The position numbers and the translations under genes are program-made. A stretch of DNA of 58,284 nt, filler included, from Circinaria calcarea (taxonomy: Eukaryota), in the NCBI GenBank assembly GCA_051942165.1. It is 7 parts of 7 records of this genome, joined end to end, with 100 filler letters (N's around TTAATTAATTAA, not from the genome) between each part and the next. Parts side by side here need not be neighbours in the genome. Positions count along the whole stretch, not along the records: positions 25,035 to 33,273 come from JAVECS010001148.1; positions 33,374 to 41,610 come from JAVECS010001149.1; 5 more parts are not named here. One strand, written 5' to 3'. Within the stretch, counting starts at the first letter, position 1, and every line of letters begins with the position of its first letter. The notes beneath the pieces are model-generated. The model made no database searches. It had not been told where the DNA came from and saw only the letters and a program-made list of their open reading frames with translations. This document shows, in pieces, positions 25,324-37,066 of the stretch.

Positions 25324-27176
25324 TTACCAGTCCATCTTCTCCTTTACGTACAAATCCACATACTGATCCGCGCCCATCTCCTCCAACCTCGGCGCATCAT
25401 TCCCCAACTGCATCAGCTCCTTCACCTTTTCCTCCGCAAAATGCGGTCCCAGATGCCTCTCGTACTTTTTCAAAATCTCCGGCTTCGCTTCCTCCCGCCT
25501 CGATTTATGACCCAGCGGTGCTTCCACCACGACTTCCTCGAGGACAGTGCCGTCGTGGAGATTGACGGTCAGGGCGTTGGGAATGGAGCGGAGGGTAGCT
25601 TGATGGTAGTCCTTTGTGAACTGGGGGTCTTCGACGCATTTTATACGTTTGCGTAGGGATTCGACAAGGGGGGAGGTGGCAGCTTCGGAGCCGTCCGTGT
25701 AGTCGGTTGCTTCGAGGCGGTTGAAGACGAGCATGGTGGCAACCATGTACTATAGGGTATATTAGTGAGAATACAGCTTTGGAAGAGAATTTCATGCGAG
25801 CTGAGCAAAGGTAGGACATACCTGTATACAGTGATCCCGATCTGCAAAATTGTCCATAGGCTTCAGCTGCTTATCGATGATGCGGACACAAGCCTCGTGC
25901 GTGCGGATGGTAATATCTTTAATGTCTTCCGCAGACTTGCCCCGCTCTTTCAGCTGGGCATGAATGTGTTTGGCAGCTTCAATAGCTGTTTGTGAGTGAA
26001 ACTCGGCTGATAGAGAAATCAGTGGGAGAACTGCCTGTAACTCGGAATATACTAACCTGGGTATGAAACCTTGAATAAAACATTCTCCATAACATAACTA
26101 CCATAAGGCCGCTGGAATGCGAATTTCTTCCCCTTGAACAGGACATCATAGAAACCCCAGGTAGGGGCTGAAAGAACGGTCGGTACACCTTGTTCGCCCT
26201 TCTGCACCTTTAAGACTAGGTTCACTGCTCTCTGGCATGCGTCTCCGGCAGCCCATGACTTCCTGGACATCGTGTTGGATGAATGTCTGTACGTCCTTAG
26301 GCTTTGCCCGTCGACCCATGCCTGTGAAACAGCATCCGCAGTCTGCCTTTCTGATAGTCCGAGCATTTTCGACACGACCGCTGCCGTTGCAACCTTGACC
26401 AAAACAACATGATCTAGTCCCACCTTGTTGAACGAGTTCTCTAGAGCTAGACAACCCTGAATCTCATGGGCCTTGATCATCGCCTCCAGGACATCCTTGA
26501 TTTTAATGATGATGCCATTGCCAACCTTTCCGCCGGCGCGATTCGTCCGTGACACCCAATCGGCGACAGCCAGAATACCACCAAGGTTATCAGAAGGATG
26601 GCCCCATTCTGCTGCAAGCCAGCAGTCGTTGTAATCAAGCCATCGGATCATCGCGCCAATGTTGAATGCTCCGTTGACCGGGTCAAGTACGAAAGGGGTG
26701 CCAGGTACCCGTGTGCCATTGGGGACGACAGTCCCTTCGACGATCGGCCCAAGTAACTTGGTGCATTCCTTGAATCGCAATGCTTCGAGCCCGCATCCAA
26801 GCGTGTCGAGCAGGATATATCTAGCGGTGTCGAACTGAGATTTACTCCAACTGATCAGTTAACGACCCGGCCCTGCCATGGAAGAGAGACTTACAGCGAG
26901 AATGGAGTCGATCTTGTAATTGTGAACATAGCTTGCCATGTCCTGGATTTCGGAATCATATTCCCTAGGGCCCCCGCCAATTGAATGTTGCATAGGCTCC
27001 GGGATTGTGGCCTGGAGCGGTCGCATTGTCGAGAGTGACGCCGACTGTGGGGGTAGCTGGTAGCTTAAGCCTTGAACCGTAGGTTTGACTTGTGATAAGG
27101 AACCTCGAGTGAAGCAGGTCGAGCGCTGCAGGTTCCTTTGTGCTGCACCGTTAATGGCCTTGACGAGAGCTGACAT
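25324..27176 (-). CDS. prpD: 2-methylcitrate dehydratase, probably mitochondrial (PrpD/PDH1 family), 4 exons
   Basis: Motifs [76 protein letters not shown] and [15 protein letters not shown]; Arg/Ser-rich N-terminal presequence. Confidence 0.97.
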
Positions 27177-27574
27177 GACGTCCTAAGCTCAATTGGCCAC
27201 GGTAAGTCGTCAGCCCTGACGCAAGGGAGAATGCAGGTGTTTGCAGTCACTACTCTGATATATTAGATAGACAGTAGGGCATCAATGGAAATAGAAATCT
27301 CTCCCACTCAAGGGATTGCAGCGTGGAGGAGCTCGCTCCCCTCGTTGAATTTCCCCACTGAAGCAGCCGAGGCTATGGCGTCGGGGCTCCCATAATACCT
27401 ATAGGGCTGAATGGTGTCTTCATTCCTATGGGACAACCTGACTGCTTTTATCCCTTCTTCATCGAGATTTTTCATATTTTGGTACCCATTTCAATGTCGG
27501 CGATGAAGAATAGCTCATGCTCACTTGGTCCTATTCATAAAGCGCAGTCGGTGCCTTCGAGTCACGTTTCAAGT

Positions 27575-28531
27575 CTACAGGGCGACAGATGCTAAATACA
27601 ATAATCCAGCTGCAACCGTTGCCGGCAAGGTGACATCCACATATATCCTCTGTGTCCCGTGTGGCACAGGGAAGATTCCCAAACTGCTACAGTTGCTACA
27701 CTCAAACAATCCCCCAAGAAGACATTGCCATACTGGTCCACTGCTTGCCATTATGAACGATTGGGCTTCAATTCGCAGGGTGGAGGCAAACACTGATTGG
27801 CGTCTGTCTAGGCCTGTCATAACAGCTTCAACAATATGGCGACCAGAACTTGAATGGTACCATGCTGTGAATACGGCGTCTGTTGTCGATGATGGTGTCC
27901 CTTGTGCGAGTTGTTTATCTATAATCCGGACAAAGTTCTCAGTGTTAACACAGTATGCTGTTTCAACCAACTCGCCCGGGGCGGGATGCGAGTGCTGCAC
28001 ACCATCAATGCAGATTTCGTGTGGCTCGCAATTGCCATTGATCCGTATTTGGTCGTTATAGATGGTGGCACCCATCCTGATACATTGGGTGGTATATGCT
28101 TGAGGGCTAATGTCGTGGTTACACAGAGAACGGACGGCTATGTATAGACGTGGACAGTTGTAGATGGCCCGCGAGTGTGACCGTTTTTGGTTTCGGAGAG
28201 ATTTAGGATGGTTAAATACATCTCTATCGTCAGAAATATCCTTCTCCACGCTCCCAGGAAGAGAAAAGTCGACGGTGGAAGCAGCAAAACTGAAATCGTC
28301 AATCGGCATTCTCATATCACTTGTCTGGAATAAGAATGGATGCCTTATGACATACCCTCTGTCTTCAGTCAGTCCTAGAGATTCTTCACTCGCTGTAAGA
28401 GCCTGCGAGACTTGTTCTAGTACATCACTTGTGGAATCGACAGGAGAGCTTCCTGCGTTGAGGACTGGTGCTGCAGTCACTCGGAAATTGAGGCCAAGTA
28501 ACCATATGGTGCACAAGATCAGACTAGGCAT
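27575..28531 (-). CDS. Secreted cysteine-containing protein of unknown function
   Basis: Intronless ORF. Likely start MPSLILCTIWLLGLNFRVTA (signal peptide), then an acidic pro-region, KR dibasic site, and a Cys-spaced domain (YNCP..SLC..TTQC..GNCEPHEICIDG..AYCV). An in-frame ATG also exists at 28588. Confidence 0.8.
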   Translation of the reverse strand: MPSLILCTIWLLGLNFRVTAAPVLNAGSSPVDSTSDVLEQVSQALTASEESLGLTEDRGYVIRHPFLFQTSDMRMPIDDFSFAASTVDFSLPGSVEKDISDDRDVFNHPKSLRNQKRSHSRAIYNCPRLYIAVRSLCNHDISPQAYTTQCIRMGATIYNDQIRINGNCEPHEICIDGVQHSHPAPGELVETAYCVNTENFVRIIDKQLAQGTPSSTTDAVFTAWYHSSSGRHIVEAVMTGLDRRQSVFASTLRIEAQSFIMASSGPVWQCLLGGLFECSNCSSLGIFPVPHGTQRIYVDVTLPATVAAGLLYLASVAL

Positions 28532-29429
28532 TTCCGTGCGATAGGCGGTAGGATACTCACCAAACGTCCAATTGAACCATTTATGCATCCACCATCCTTT
28601 TTGGCCGCCGCAAGGTCGGTTTCAAGTTAGGACAGTCCATGCGACATGCGCTCTCACATGGGCTACCAGTCATTGAGTTTGTAGCATGTTTATTGCGTAT
28701 CGGTACGGAGTACTCGTCGATTAGCTGACGTTCAATCTCAGGGTTCTTCCTTTCCCCCCCTAGCCCTAACTTTGGATTGACATAGCGTTTCTGGGTTGCA
28801 GATGAATCCCCAGCACCCGAGGGATGAACACCTTGAACTGCGCCACTTCATCTAACCCTCACAAAATCCTAACACTCCACCAAAACTAAATGCGGATGAT
28901 GGGTTCAGCGACAATTGGCCGAGTTTCGAATCAGGCTTGGAGACCATGATATCAGCACTACATACTTTGCAGGAGACATACCTGTTTGAGGTGCGTAGGG
29001 TTAACACTAGGAGAGAAGCAGGGCTAACTTTATCCAAGAAAATAAAGCAGGGCATTCCTCATATCGTCTCTAAGCACCATCATCACAGCAGGTCATCCTC
29101 CAATGAGGAACAATGTAACCCTCACCGAAAGGGTGTGGCTAAAGCAACCTGAACAGGACTCCTCCCTACTGTGTGCGCCAACGACCTTTTGCGGGATACC
29201 CCGCGGATTCCGTTGTTTCATCCAGAGCCCCACTCGGTTCCTCCGCTGGCTCCAAGTTCCAGGCCAAATGTCTAAACTGAGGAGTCTCCAAACGTATTGA
29301 CGGGTATGATCGAACGTTCAGGGTTCAGACCTACGAAAATAGTTTTTAGGGCGGTATAAAATGCAAGTTGATGGGGTAGTGTCACCACCTATTTGTGTGA
29401 ATTCCTGGAGAGCCTGACGGGTAATCTAG

Positions 29430-30260
29430 ACTCTTTCTATTCTTTCTAGTGCTTCTAGTGGTAGCTTGTTCTTCAAGAATCGGATCAAGATCGTTGAGAG
29501 TCCTACTTCAACAGGAACAGATCAAGCTGTTTGCATTGTCAGCAGTCTTAAAGATTATTGCAATAATGCCTCAGCTACTTGATCGCTCTCTGAATCTCAT
29601 TGTGCCGCCCGTCGCGGGAGCAGGAAGTTGTGCGCCTGATGGACAAGCCATCTTCATACCACCACTAAAATCTCCAGTCATGGTGTGTTGCTAAGTTGGA
29701 AAGCTTTTAGCGCAATCGGATTGAACCTGCGCTACCTTAGCTCGGCTCGTCTCCGAAGACGCAGATCCGGGTACTATCACCTTAGTAAAGCTTGATACAG
29801 CCACGCCATTTCTTCTTGGCTGCATATCGAGGCAATTTAGCTTCATGTCTTAGGGACCGAAGCTACGAGTACTGTGCGCCTCCATTTTGACAGACTCTTA
29901 CACAGGAAAAGGTATAGTGCATGACGCCCATACCAGAGGCCAAGTAAAAGTTTATATGGAGAGCTGGTCCTCGGCGGCCGCTGGCCCTAACTGACTCTGG
30001 GTGGAGTGAAGCAAGACGGATAAAGCTCTCTAGGCGTTGGCGTTGCGGATCTTCTACTGGATGGATATGCTCGGTTTACGGAGACATCGTTCGCAGCTCC
30101 ACCGCCTATTCATACCATCGTGAAGCATCTAGAAGGCCCTTCAATCAGAAGTCTCGTTTGACCTTGTGTCCAGCCTCGACGACAGGTGCTGTCCATTTAT
30201 GGTGTCCTTGATCTCCCAAACATGCGAGATACAAAACATCATGCTTTCCGCGGACATTGA
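29430..30260 (-). pseudogene. Possible decayed gene of unknown family
   Basis: The minus strand gives protein-like stretches interrupted by isolated stops (HDVLYLACLGDQG...RDF*LKGLLDASRWYE*AVEL and DSESDQVAEALLQ*SLRLL). No family recognised. Confidence 0.25.
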
Positions 30261-30503
30261 TGAACACCAATGAAGTGGAGACTGTCCAAATCTACTTTTG
30301 TGGTCGACCTTCCGGCCGGGCTACTGGATGTAGGTAGGCATCTAGACCTCCCACGACAAAGGGCGTCTTGGAAGAAGATCTATAAGATCTCTTGAGCTCC
30401 CAGTTTACAATCGTCCTCATCATAGTCATCATCTACATTCACAAGCTTGCCCAGCCTTCTACCCAACTGTGTCTACCCAATCTTCAGAACTCGACCCGCC
30501 ATC

Positions 30504-30884
30504 ATGCTCTTTTCATTACTGGCCGCGCTCTTCACTGTCGCTTCTATGCCAGTATTCGGCTCACCCACCGGCTCTACTTGCCTGTTGCCAAGGCGGTGGT
30601 GCTACCAGCACAAAACTAAGATGCGAAGCCTATGAGTGGCATCGTTTGGATTTCTCCACTTGAGATACGGTTAGGCTTACTCTATACGTTTTAAGATACC
30701 AATGCGCAGGCTACGGGAATGTGTGATCCTAGCCAGATCTATTGCTGTCAACAAGTTGTCATTGGGGTAAGAGGGCATTCGGCGTATAGTGCAATCATGG
30801 AATTCTAAGTGAGTCGTTTACACAGACTGGCATTGCAGCAATTGCGGGCCTGCAACTGCAAGGACTGTCAAGTGTCCCGCTTGA
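30504..30884 (+). pseudogene. Small secreted Cys-rich (hydrophobin-like pattern) pseudogene
   Basis: Signal peptide MLFSLLAALFTVASMPVFG. After a +1 shift it reads ACCQGGGATSTKLRCEA|YTNAQATGMCDPSQIYCCQQVVIG|TGI, and after a -1 shift SNCGPATARTVKCPA*. The first intron donor reads ATGAGT rather than GTGAGT. Confidence 0.55.
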
Positions 30885-31691
30885 CGGCAGTATGACCATA
30901 TTTGCGTATAAGTACGAGAGAGGCCAACCGAGTCATTTAGTGATGAAGAGTAACTGTTATAGTCCTTTTAGGTATTGGGCGAGGGTTGTGAAATCGAAGA
31001 GTCTCTCCCTTGAAATCAGTCTGTTATTATTCAGTCGCGTGTAATGTTCCATTCACTCTTTAGATGATTTTTATGCGTTGTTTAATACAACTACCAGATT
31101 CCCATGAAATCTGAACCTATGCCATATACATGACCTAAACCAACAAAAAATCCCTACACTTAGGGTCAAGGAGGCCGTTCGGCTCTTTACCTCTAAGCGA
31201 AATGGCCCTTGGCCTCAAACGTTCCTATACTTTGCCACATTTACGAGTTAAAGTTTTTTTTTTTTTGGTATCTCGTAGCATCAATAACCATGATATCCTA
31301 GGGTGCAGCTCCGTGAGCTATATGCAATGTATGGGTGCGTAACCACGGTCATTTTGCCCCTATAATAGGCATAAAAGTACTAGTTTTGGTAATGATTTCT
31401 ACGCTTAGAAGAATGGCAAGCTTTTCACAAGGAGAAAAGCCTGGGGTGTAGATGTTCCAAAGTCTTACAACAGATTTTATACATGGTCTCGTGGTTTTTC
31501 GAACTTTTACCTCTATATTTTGCTCTTTATGGTTATGTAAAACGTATAGGTCATGCATTAGTCGAATGACCAGTGTGCACTGCGTTTGTATTCTACTTAC
31601 GGTGACTTTCCTTCATTTACTGTTTTCTAGCCTCAATTCCTACTCTTAACCAATCTTGGCCCCCTAAACCTATTTTTATACTTGAAACGAA

Positions 31692-32320
31692 ATGTATCAA
31701 GACGCCATACTCTTACAAAATCTAGACTACCGAGTGCCCTTCGTCCAACCGATTATGGCAGCAACCAACAACACCCTTGCCTTTGTAACGCAAGCAACCG
31801 TCCTCAGCACATGGCGCGGCTCCGGCTCCGGCTCCGGCAACGCCGATCCAGCCTACATAAACTTGAACCTCCAAATCCCCACCTAGCCAGCCGACCAAAC
31901 CCTCCTCGCTAGGGTAGAAAACCGGGATCCCGCCGACAAATCCCTACCGACCCAACTATCAGAACCAAATACACGATGCACGGCGAACTCTTCTATGCCC
32001 GTGAGGAGGACTTGACCCGGAAAATTTTCCATGTGGACTCGTTCTCCAAGCTCACGGACCCCAGCGTTGGCGCCGACAGCCCGCCCAAGTTCAGTCTCAC
32101 GGCGCGGGTGAGAGCGGTGACGGAGAGGCCGATGATTGTGGTGTGGGAAGTGGGGGGTTCACATGAGGGCGCGGGGAGGTATCAGGGCCGGGCTGCTTTG
32201 CAGTATCAGCGCCCGCGGCATGACCTGGAGGTTGGGGAAAGGGTGTGTTTTTCGGATTATGCGATGGGGAGTGGGAAGGATGAGCTGGTTGTGAAGGGGA
32301 GTAGGAATGTGGTGGGATAA
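31692..32320 (+). pseudogene. Disrupted hypothetical gene
   Basis: Reading continues past TAG at 31884-31886 (QIPT*PADQTLLARVENRD), then needs a 1-nt shift to join ORF 31976-32320 (TIRTKYTMHGELFY...). No intron explains the breaks. Confidence 0.45.
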
Positions 32321-33273
32321 GGGGTGAGGAGGGAGGGTTTGAAGGGAGGGGAGGGGACGGAAGGTAAGACGCGGATGGACAGATCTGATGGTGGATTTTC
32401 ATGCAAGAGAGCGAACCAATGTGGTGAATTTTGACGATGAATTCACTTAAATAAATGCATATAAGGTATAGGATTCTCCGGAAACGTGTTCAGACTTCAT
32501 CCCAAACCAACAGAGAAGAGAAAGGCCACAGAACTTAACGAGTACGAGAACAGGAAATTGCAATGCCTATCCCCCGTAGCTATGAAATTTGCCATTTCAT
32601 TCCCCTTCCCCCACACACCGCTTGTTCTTGGTAGGATTTCTGAGAAAGGGACTAGGTACTTCCAGAGGTCCCTACCTATGGCAGGTTGTGCCGCAAGGTG
32701 GCTGTCGCAAAATCCTCAACTGCCGCAAAATTCGCCCCTGTTATCGAATGTATCATTATTACGACAGTGAGAGCCTCTTTTTTTTGGGGGCGGTAATGAC
32801 CTTGCGACAGTGACCCTTTACTACAATTGAGCCCTTTGGTGACAGTTGACCCCCTCCACGCGCCTGATAAAAAGTGGTTAATTTCGGATTTTTCCCAGCC
32901 TAGTTTACTCGCCTAACAAAGGGCCTATCAAAGGGCTCCTACCACAGTGGCCACGCCTTGAATTCCGCGGGGGCTTTACGCCCGTTGTTTGTAGGAGAGC
33001 GACGGTTGGCAAGTAAAATTAAACAACCACTTACTTTTTTTCTGTCAAGCGCGTGCACCCCTACCATAGCGTACTCGGTACTCCGTAAGGACCATTTGGT
33101 TTCAGCAAATCCCTATCACGCCGTTGAAACATGGCACGCGGGTGACAAAAAAGTTCGGACGTTACCGATTTACCCACCATAGTCGCTCGCGTAAAAAGGA
33201 CCCCTAAGTTTGTGGTGAAGCCCCGAGCTAAGGGGGTTTCTAGGCCTGTTGTTAGTGGGGCATTTACGGTCGG

Positions 33274-33373
33274 NNNNNNNNNNNNNNNNNNNNNNNNNNN
33301 NNNNNNNNNNNNNNNNNTTAATTAATTAANNNNNNNNNNNNNNNNNNNNNNNNNNNNNNNNNNNNNNNNNNNN
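33274..33373. other. Artificial contig linker
   Basis: 44 N + TTAATTAATTAA + 44 N. Confidence 0.99.
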
Positions 33374-33380
33374 AGACAGT

Positions 33381-33540
33381 ATGTATATTATATACACCCC
33401 GAACTTAGGATTTCCAATTGCCGTTCCGGGACGGGAAAGGGAGCAGGGCCGCTTTAGAGGGAGCACAGAGGGAGCACAGAGGGAGCAAGAGGGAGCACGA
33501 GGGAAGCATTGAGCGAGCACTATGGGGCAGTACAGGGGCG
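33381..33540. repeat. Dispersed repeat with GAGGGAGCA(C) units, copy A
   Basis: (TA)n-CCCCGA ... GGAAAGGGAGCAGGGCCGCTTT followed by 10-11-bp GAGGGAGCAC[A/G] units; homologous to 36885-37066. Confidence 0.8.
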
Positions 33541-34372
33541 TAGCAGGTGGGAGCCTGAAGTGGCTTTGAGCTGCCCTTGATGGTTTTCTGCCGCATAGAA
33601 TTTTATGGGCAGCTGGAAAGATCGTAAGACTCCTCATCAGGTCAAGGCCTGCACAACGTTTCCACCGGTTCCATCTTGTCGAGGCAAGTTCGGGGTATAT
33701 AGGTGAGCTCAATTATTCGCTCGCCTGTTACGTTGAAGAGTCTTCTTCCAGGACAGCCACTTGGGGGGTTTTGATTTTCTGTGTAAGAAGAATGTATGTA
33801 ATGGAAGCCAATAGAATTCATTACTAAATTTTAATCCTTACTAGTTGAACATAGCTCCGATGTGGACCTACAACGGAGCTATGCAACGCTATGTTGACTT
33901 AAATAGGCAATTGATTATCGTATGAAGTCATATCCACCACCAAGATTCAACGTCAAGTCATTCAGGTACCGCAAACGTCCAGATTCCACCCTTTTCTTAA
34001 TAGTAATAGGCCCGGGTCCACGTCGCCTTTTCGCCTCTATAAGATAGCGTACTCGAGGGGCATAGCCATGAGCGCGGCAGAGTCGTAGGTATTTAATAGT
34101 ATATAATATAAGAAAAAGATCAAGCTCACGAAGCTGTTTCTGCGCAAACGGCGCCTCAAAAGCACGGAAGGGCGTGGCGAATTCTGAGGGGGGAATTCTA
34201 CAGTATAATAAATTTAGAGTTTTGATATTGATTAATTAGGCTTAGCTCTCGGATTTCTGTTATTCCGTGCCTAAATTACATTAGACTAACCTAACAAAAA
34301 ACCACCAAAACCCCCCAAGTGACTCCCCCCTCTCCTGCTGATTCTTCACGCTCTCGTCTTTTACGCGCAATC

Positions 34373-35206
34373 ATGCCCTCTTCAATCTTCCTCCTCCTCA
34401 CCAGCTTCTCCTTCCTCCTGACCTCAGACCTCTGCTCTGCATCCCCTCAAAATCCTAGTCCTACTGAACCCTCCATCCCTACTGGACCCTCCAGGCCTGG
34501 CTTCGACTGCACCTTCCAACCTGTCGTCGGCTTCGGTCCCGACACTATGACCCCCGAATACAATGCCGGCCTAGTGTCCCAGGACTCCGTCTCTAAATAC
34601 ATCTACTGTGCCGGTGAAGACTCGAAACTACAATTGAACGAGTATAATCAGAGCCCGGTCAATGCGCTCGATATACTGGTGTTAGCGACGGAGACGTGCG
34701 GGCAATACAAACTAAGCAAAGTCATTCAGGACTATGCAAAGACGGGTCCATCAGTCAAATTGACACACTATTTGTGTGGGAAGGCTGGCGACATGGATCT
34801 GTGCGCCTTGAGTCGATGTATTGGCGCGAAAAAACGGGAGCATGGTCTGAAGGGAGTGTGCCAGAATAGTGATGTCAACTTGTTTGACAATCCAGAAGTA
34901 TGTGATACTGATAATAGTGATGCTGGTGGTGACGACTCAACTACGACCACGGATAATAATACTGATTATATAACTGATGCGTTCTCACCTAATACTGTTG
35001 CTGATGCTTCGGACTCAACGGCGACGGCCACGACATCCTCAAGTTCGGACATAGCAACAACGACATCGCCGGCTCAGACACTGAGCAACACCGCAGCCGC
35101 GAGTCCGAGTCCGAGCTTAAATGCTGCGTCGAGGATGCTGACGGCTGGTTTGGGAGAATTGACCGCCAGGGGAGTTTTGCTCATCGTACTAGTGGCGGGT
35201 TTATAG
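34373..35206 (+). CDS. Putative GPI-anchored cell-surface protein
   Basis: Signal peptide MPSSIFLLLTSFSFLLTSDLCSA, a Cys-containing domain, a D/T/S-rich stalk, and a C-terminal omega-like NAAS followed by the hydrophobic tail GVLLIVLVAGL. Confidence 0.85.
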   Translation: MPSSIFLLLTSFSFLLTSDLCSASPQNPSPTEPSIPTGPSRPGFDCTFQPVVGFGPDTMTPEYNAGLVSQDSVSKYIYCAGEDSKLQLNEYNQSPVNALDILVLATETCGQYKLSKVIQDYAKTGPSVKLTHYLCGKAGDMDLCALSRCIGAKKREHGLKGVCQNSDVNLFDNPEVCDTDNSDAGGDDSTTTTDNNTDYITDAFSPNTVADASDSTATATTSSSSDIATTTSPAQTLSNTAAASPSPSLNAASRMLTAGLGELTARGVLLIVLVAGL

Positions 35207-35575
35207 GTCGAATCATCTGGGACTTTAACTGTCGTCTATAGAGTATGAAAGTGAAGAACTAGTAAGCGCGTGAGCTACTACTTTTCAATCAAGGCTGGGC
35301 AAACTTGACCAATGAGATATTAATTAATGTTTAAGAATCTGGTATGGCTCAAGCACGGTGGCAGCGATAAGCGATAATAGTACTTCTGAGAAGAGTTGAG
35401 GAAGTTGGAGGAGGAAAGCTTTGCCTTTATACATTTGCTGCTCGTTTCGATGTTTACGATAGGAGGGTGCATTGCAATTCTTCGGTCTTGGGGCCAATCT
35501 CTGCGTTAGATATCTGCGCTGGGAAGCCACGGCAGCGGTAGCATCGTGGATGAGGATCACGCCCTGAGTAAAAGA

Positions 35576-36195
35576 GTGAATTTTATTGCCGGACTATAGA
35601 ACGAATTCTTCTTCCTTCAATTGCTGTGGGAACTACAAAGCGGGGGGCCAGTTCCTGAGTACTAAGCCCCGTCTTGGTTGTGGGCGTCAGTTAATAGCAC
35701 TGTCTACAATCACCAAAGTAGCGATAAGGGAATTGAACTTTGCCAGCCTCTAGTCAAGACTGTATACATATTAAACATCAGTCGAATAATTTCTTTTAAG
35801 AGATGAAAGCAGCAGAGCTCACAATCACTGGTCCTCTCCTCAAATGCAATTTGTTTAAGACCAGAACAAGAAGTAGCATGCCAAGAGCAAAGTTTTTGGT
35901 GGATGGCAAACCTCTCGACTCGTGGCCTGCTGATTTGGTATATTGGCCCGCAGAAGGCCAAGAGGCCTATTTATTATTTATCTGTCAGGAGGAAAATCAC
36001 GAGGACATTAATATTGTGAGCCTCGTGCTCAAGAGAATCCAAGATCAGCAAGCACACTATCGGAGACTTGGTCGGTTTATAATCAAAGCTGAGACTCGTG
36101 AGTATGCCACGGAGCTGGCCAAATCATACAGTTTGCGAGATGATGAGTATGAGAAGGCGCTCGTGAATGAGGACTATAGAATCACCGTCATTTGA
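35576..36195 (+). pseudogene. C-terminal remnant of a HET-domain-family protein gene
   Basis: FIAGL*NEFFFLQLLW...PEY*APSWLWASV matches the Y.AGLW...LLW...APSWSWAS motif typical downstream of HET domains. It continues with ELTITGPL and LVLKR....YRRLG. Stops at 35597-35599 and 35663-35665 plus a frameshift; the HET domain itself is not present. Confidence 0.75.
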
Positions 36196-36780
36196 CGAGA
36201 TAACTTTAGTACCCACCTATTCGATTCATAGGCATCATAGTGTACGCCTTGCGCGCCTTTCTTTCTCATCTTTAGGCCCGAGAATAGATACCTAGTGGCA
36301 TTCATCAACAAAAATAGGCATTCGCCCTCAGACATCTATGCTAATACTACTTTACACGTACCTCCCGTACCAAGTGTACGTTGGCTTGCCATAAGCATTC
36401 AAGGCTGTGCCTGGCCAAATGGGGGTCCGAGATAACGTGATAGTTCTATATGATGCTCGACATACCGACGCTGTCCCGTAGAATTTCTACCAGAGTATCG
36501 GAGATCCTATAATCTTCGAAACCCTGGCAATCCAGGCCGTCAGAGCCTGAGAGATTTGAAGATCTTGTTTTGAATTCACGTGCTTTGTAAGAGCTGCTTG
36601 GCGACTAGTAGAGAACACCCTGAAGACCTTTTCAAATGCGCTTTAGCTTTGACGTTTTTCAGTATAATCACTAAGCAGAAGACAATCCAGAGGGCCCCCA
36701 ACTTGAAGCCAACACCCCACTCATTCGGCGCCATCCCTTTCGTTCAAAAGCCTTTGTTCGTTTGCGGCGACTGTATCATA

Positions 36781-37066
36781 AGGGAGCACTGGGGGAGCAC
36801 GAGGGAGTAGAGAGGGAGCAAATGGACGAAATAAACTTTAGGGCTGGAGCAGTGCGGCGGTGCCGTATATTTGAAACTCAACGATATTATATATATATAT
36901 TATATATTCCCCGAGATGGGGGTGAGCCTAATCCGTTTTTAGTGTGGAAAGGGAGCAAGGCCGCTTTTAAGAGAGCAGCGAGAGAGTAGCAGGGGAGTAC
37001 GAGGGAGCAGGAAAAGAGCACGAGGGAGCACGGGGGAGCACGGAGGGAGTACAGGGAGTAAAAGCA
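36781..37066. repeat. Dispersed repeat with GAGGGAGCA units, copy B
   Basis: Two clusters of GGGAGCA/GGGAGTA units (36781-36820 and 36948-37060) around a (TA)n tract; GGAAAGGGAGCA.GGCCGCTTT is shared with copy A. Confidence 0.8.

Noticed and set aside
32696..32820. Imperfect inverted repeat CTGTCGCAA ... TTGCGACAG
   Set aside because: Only about 14 of 18 positions match and no TSD is evident, too weak to call a MITE.
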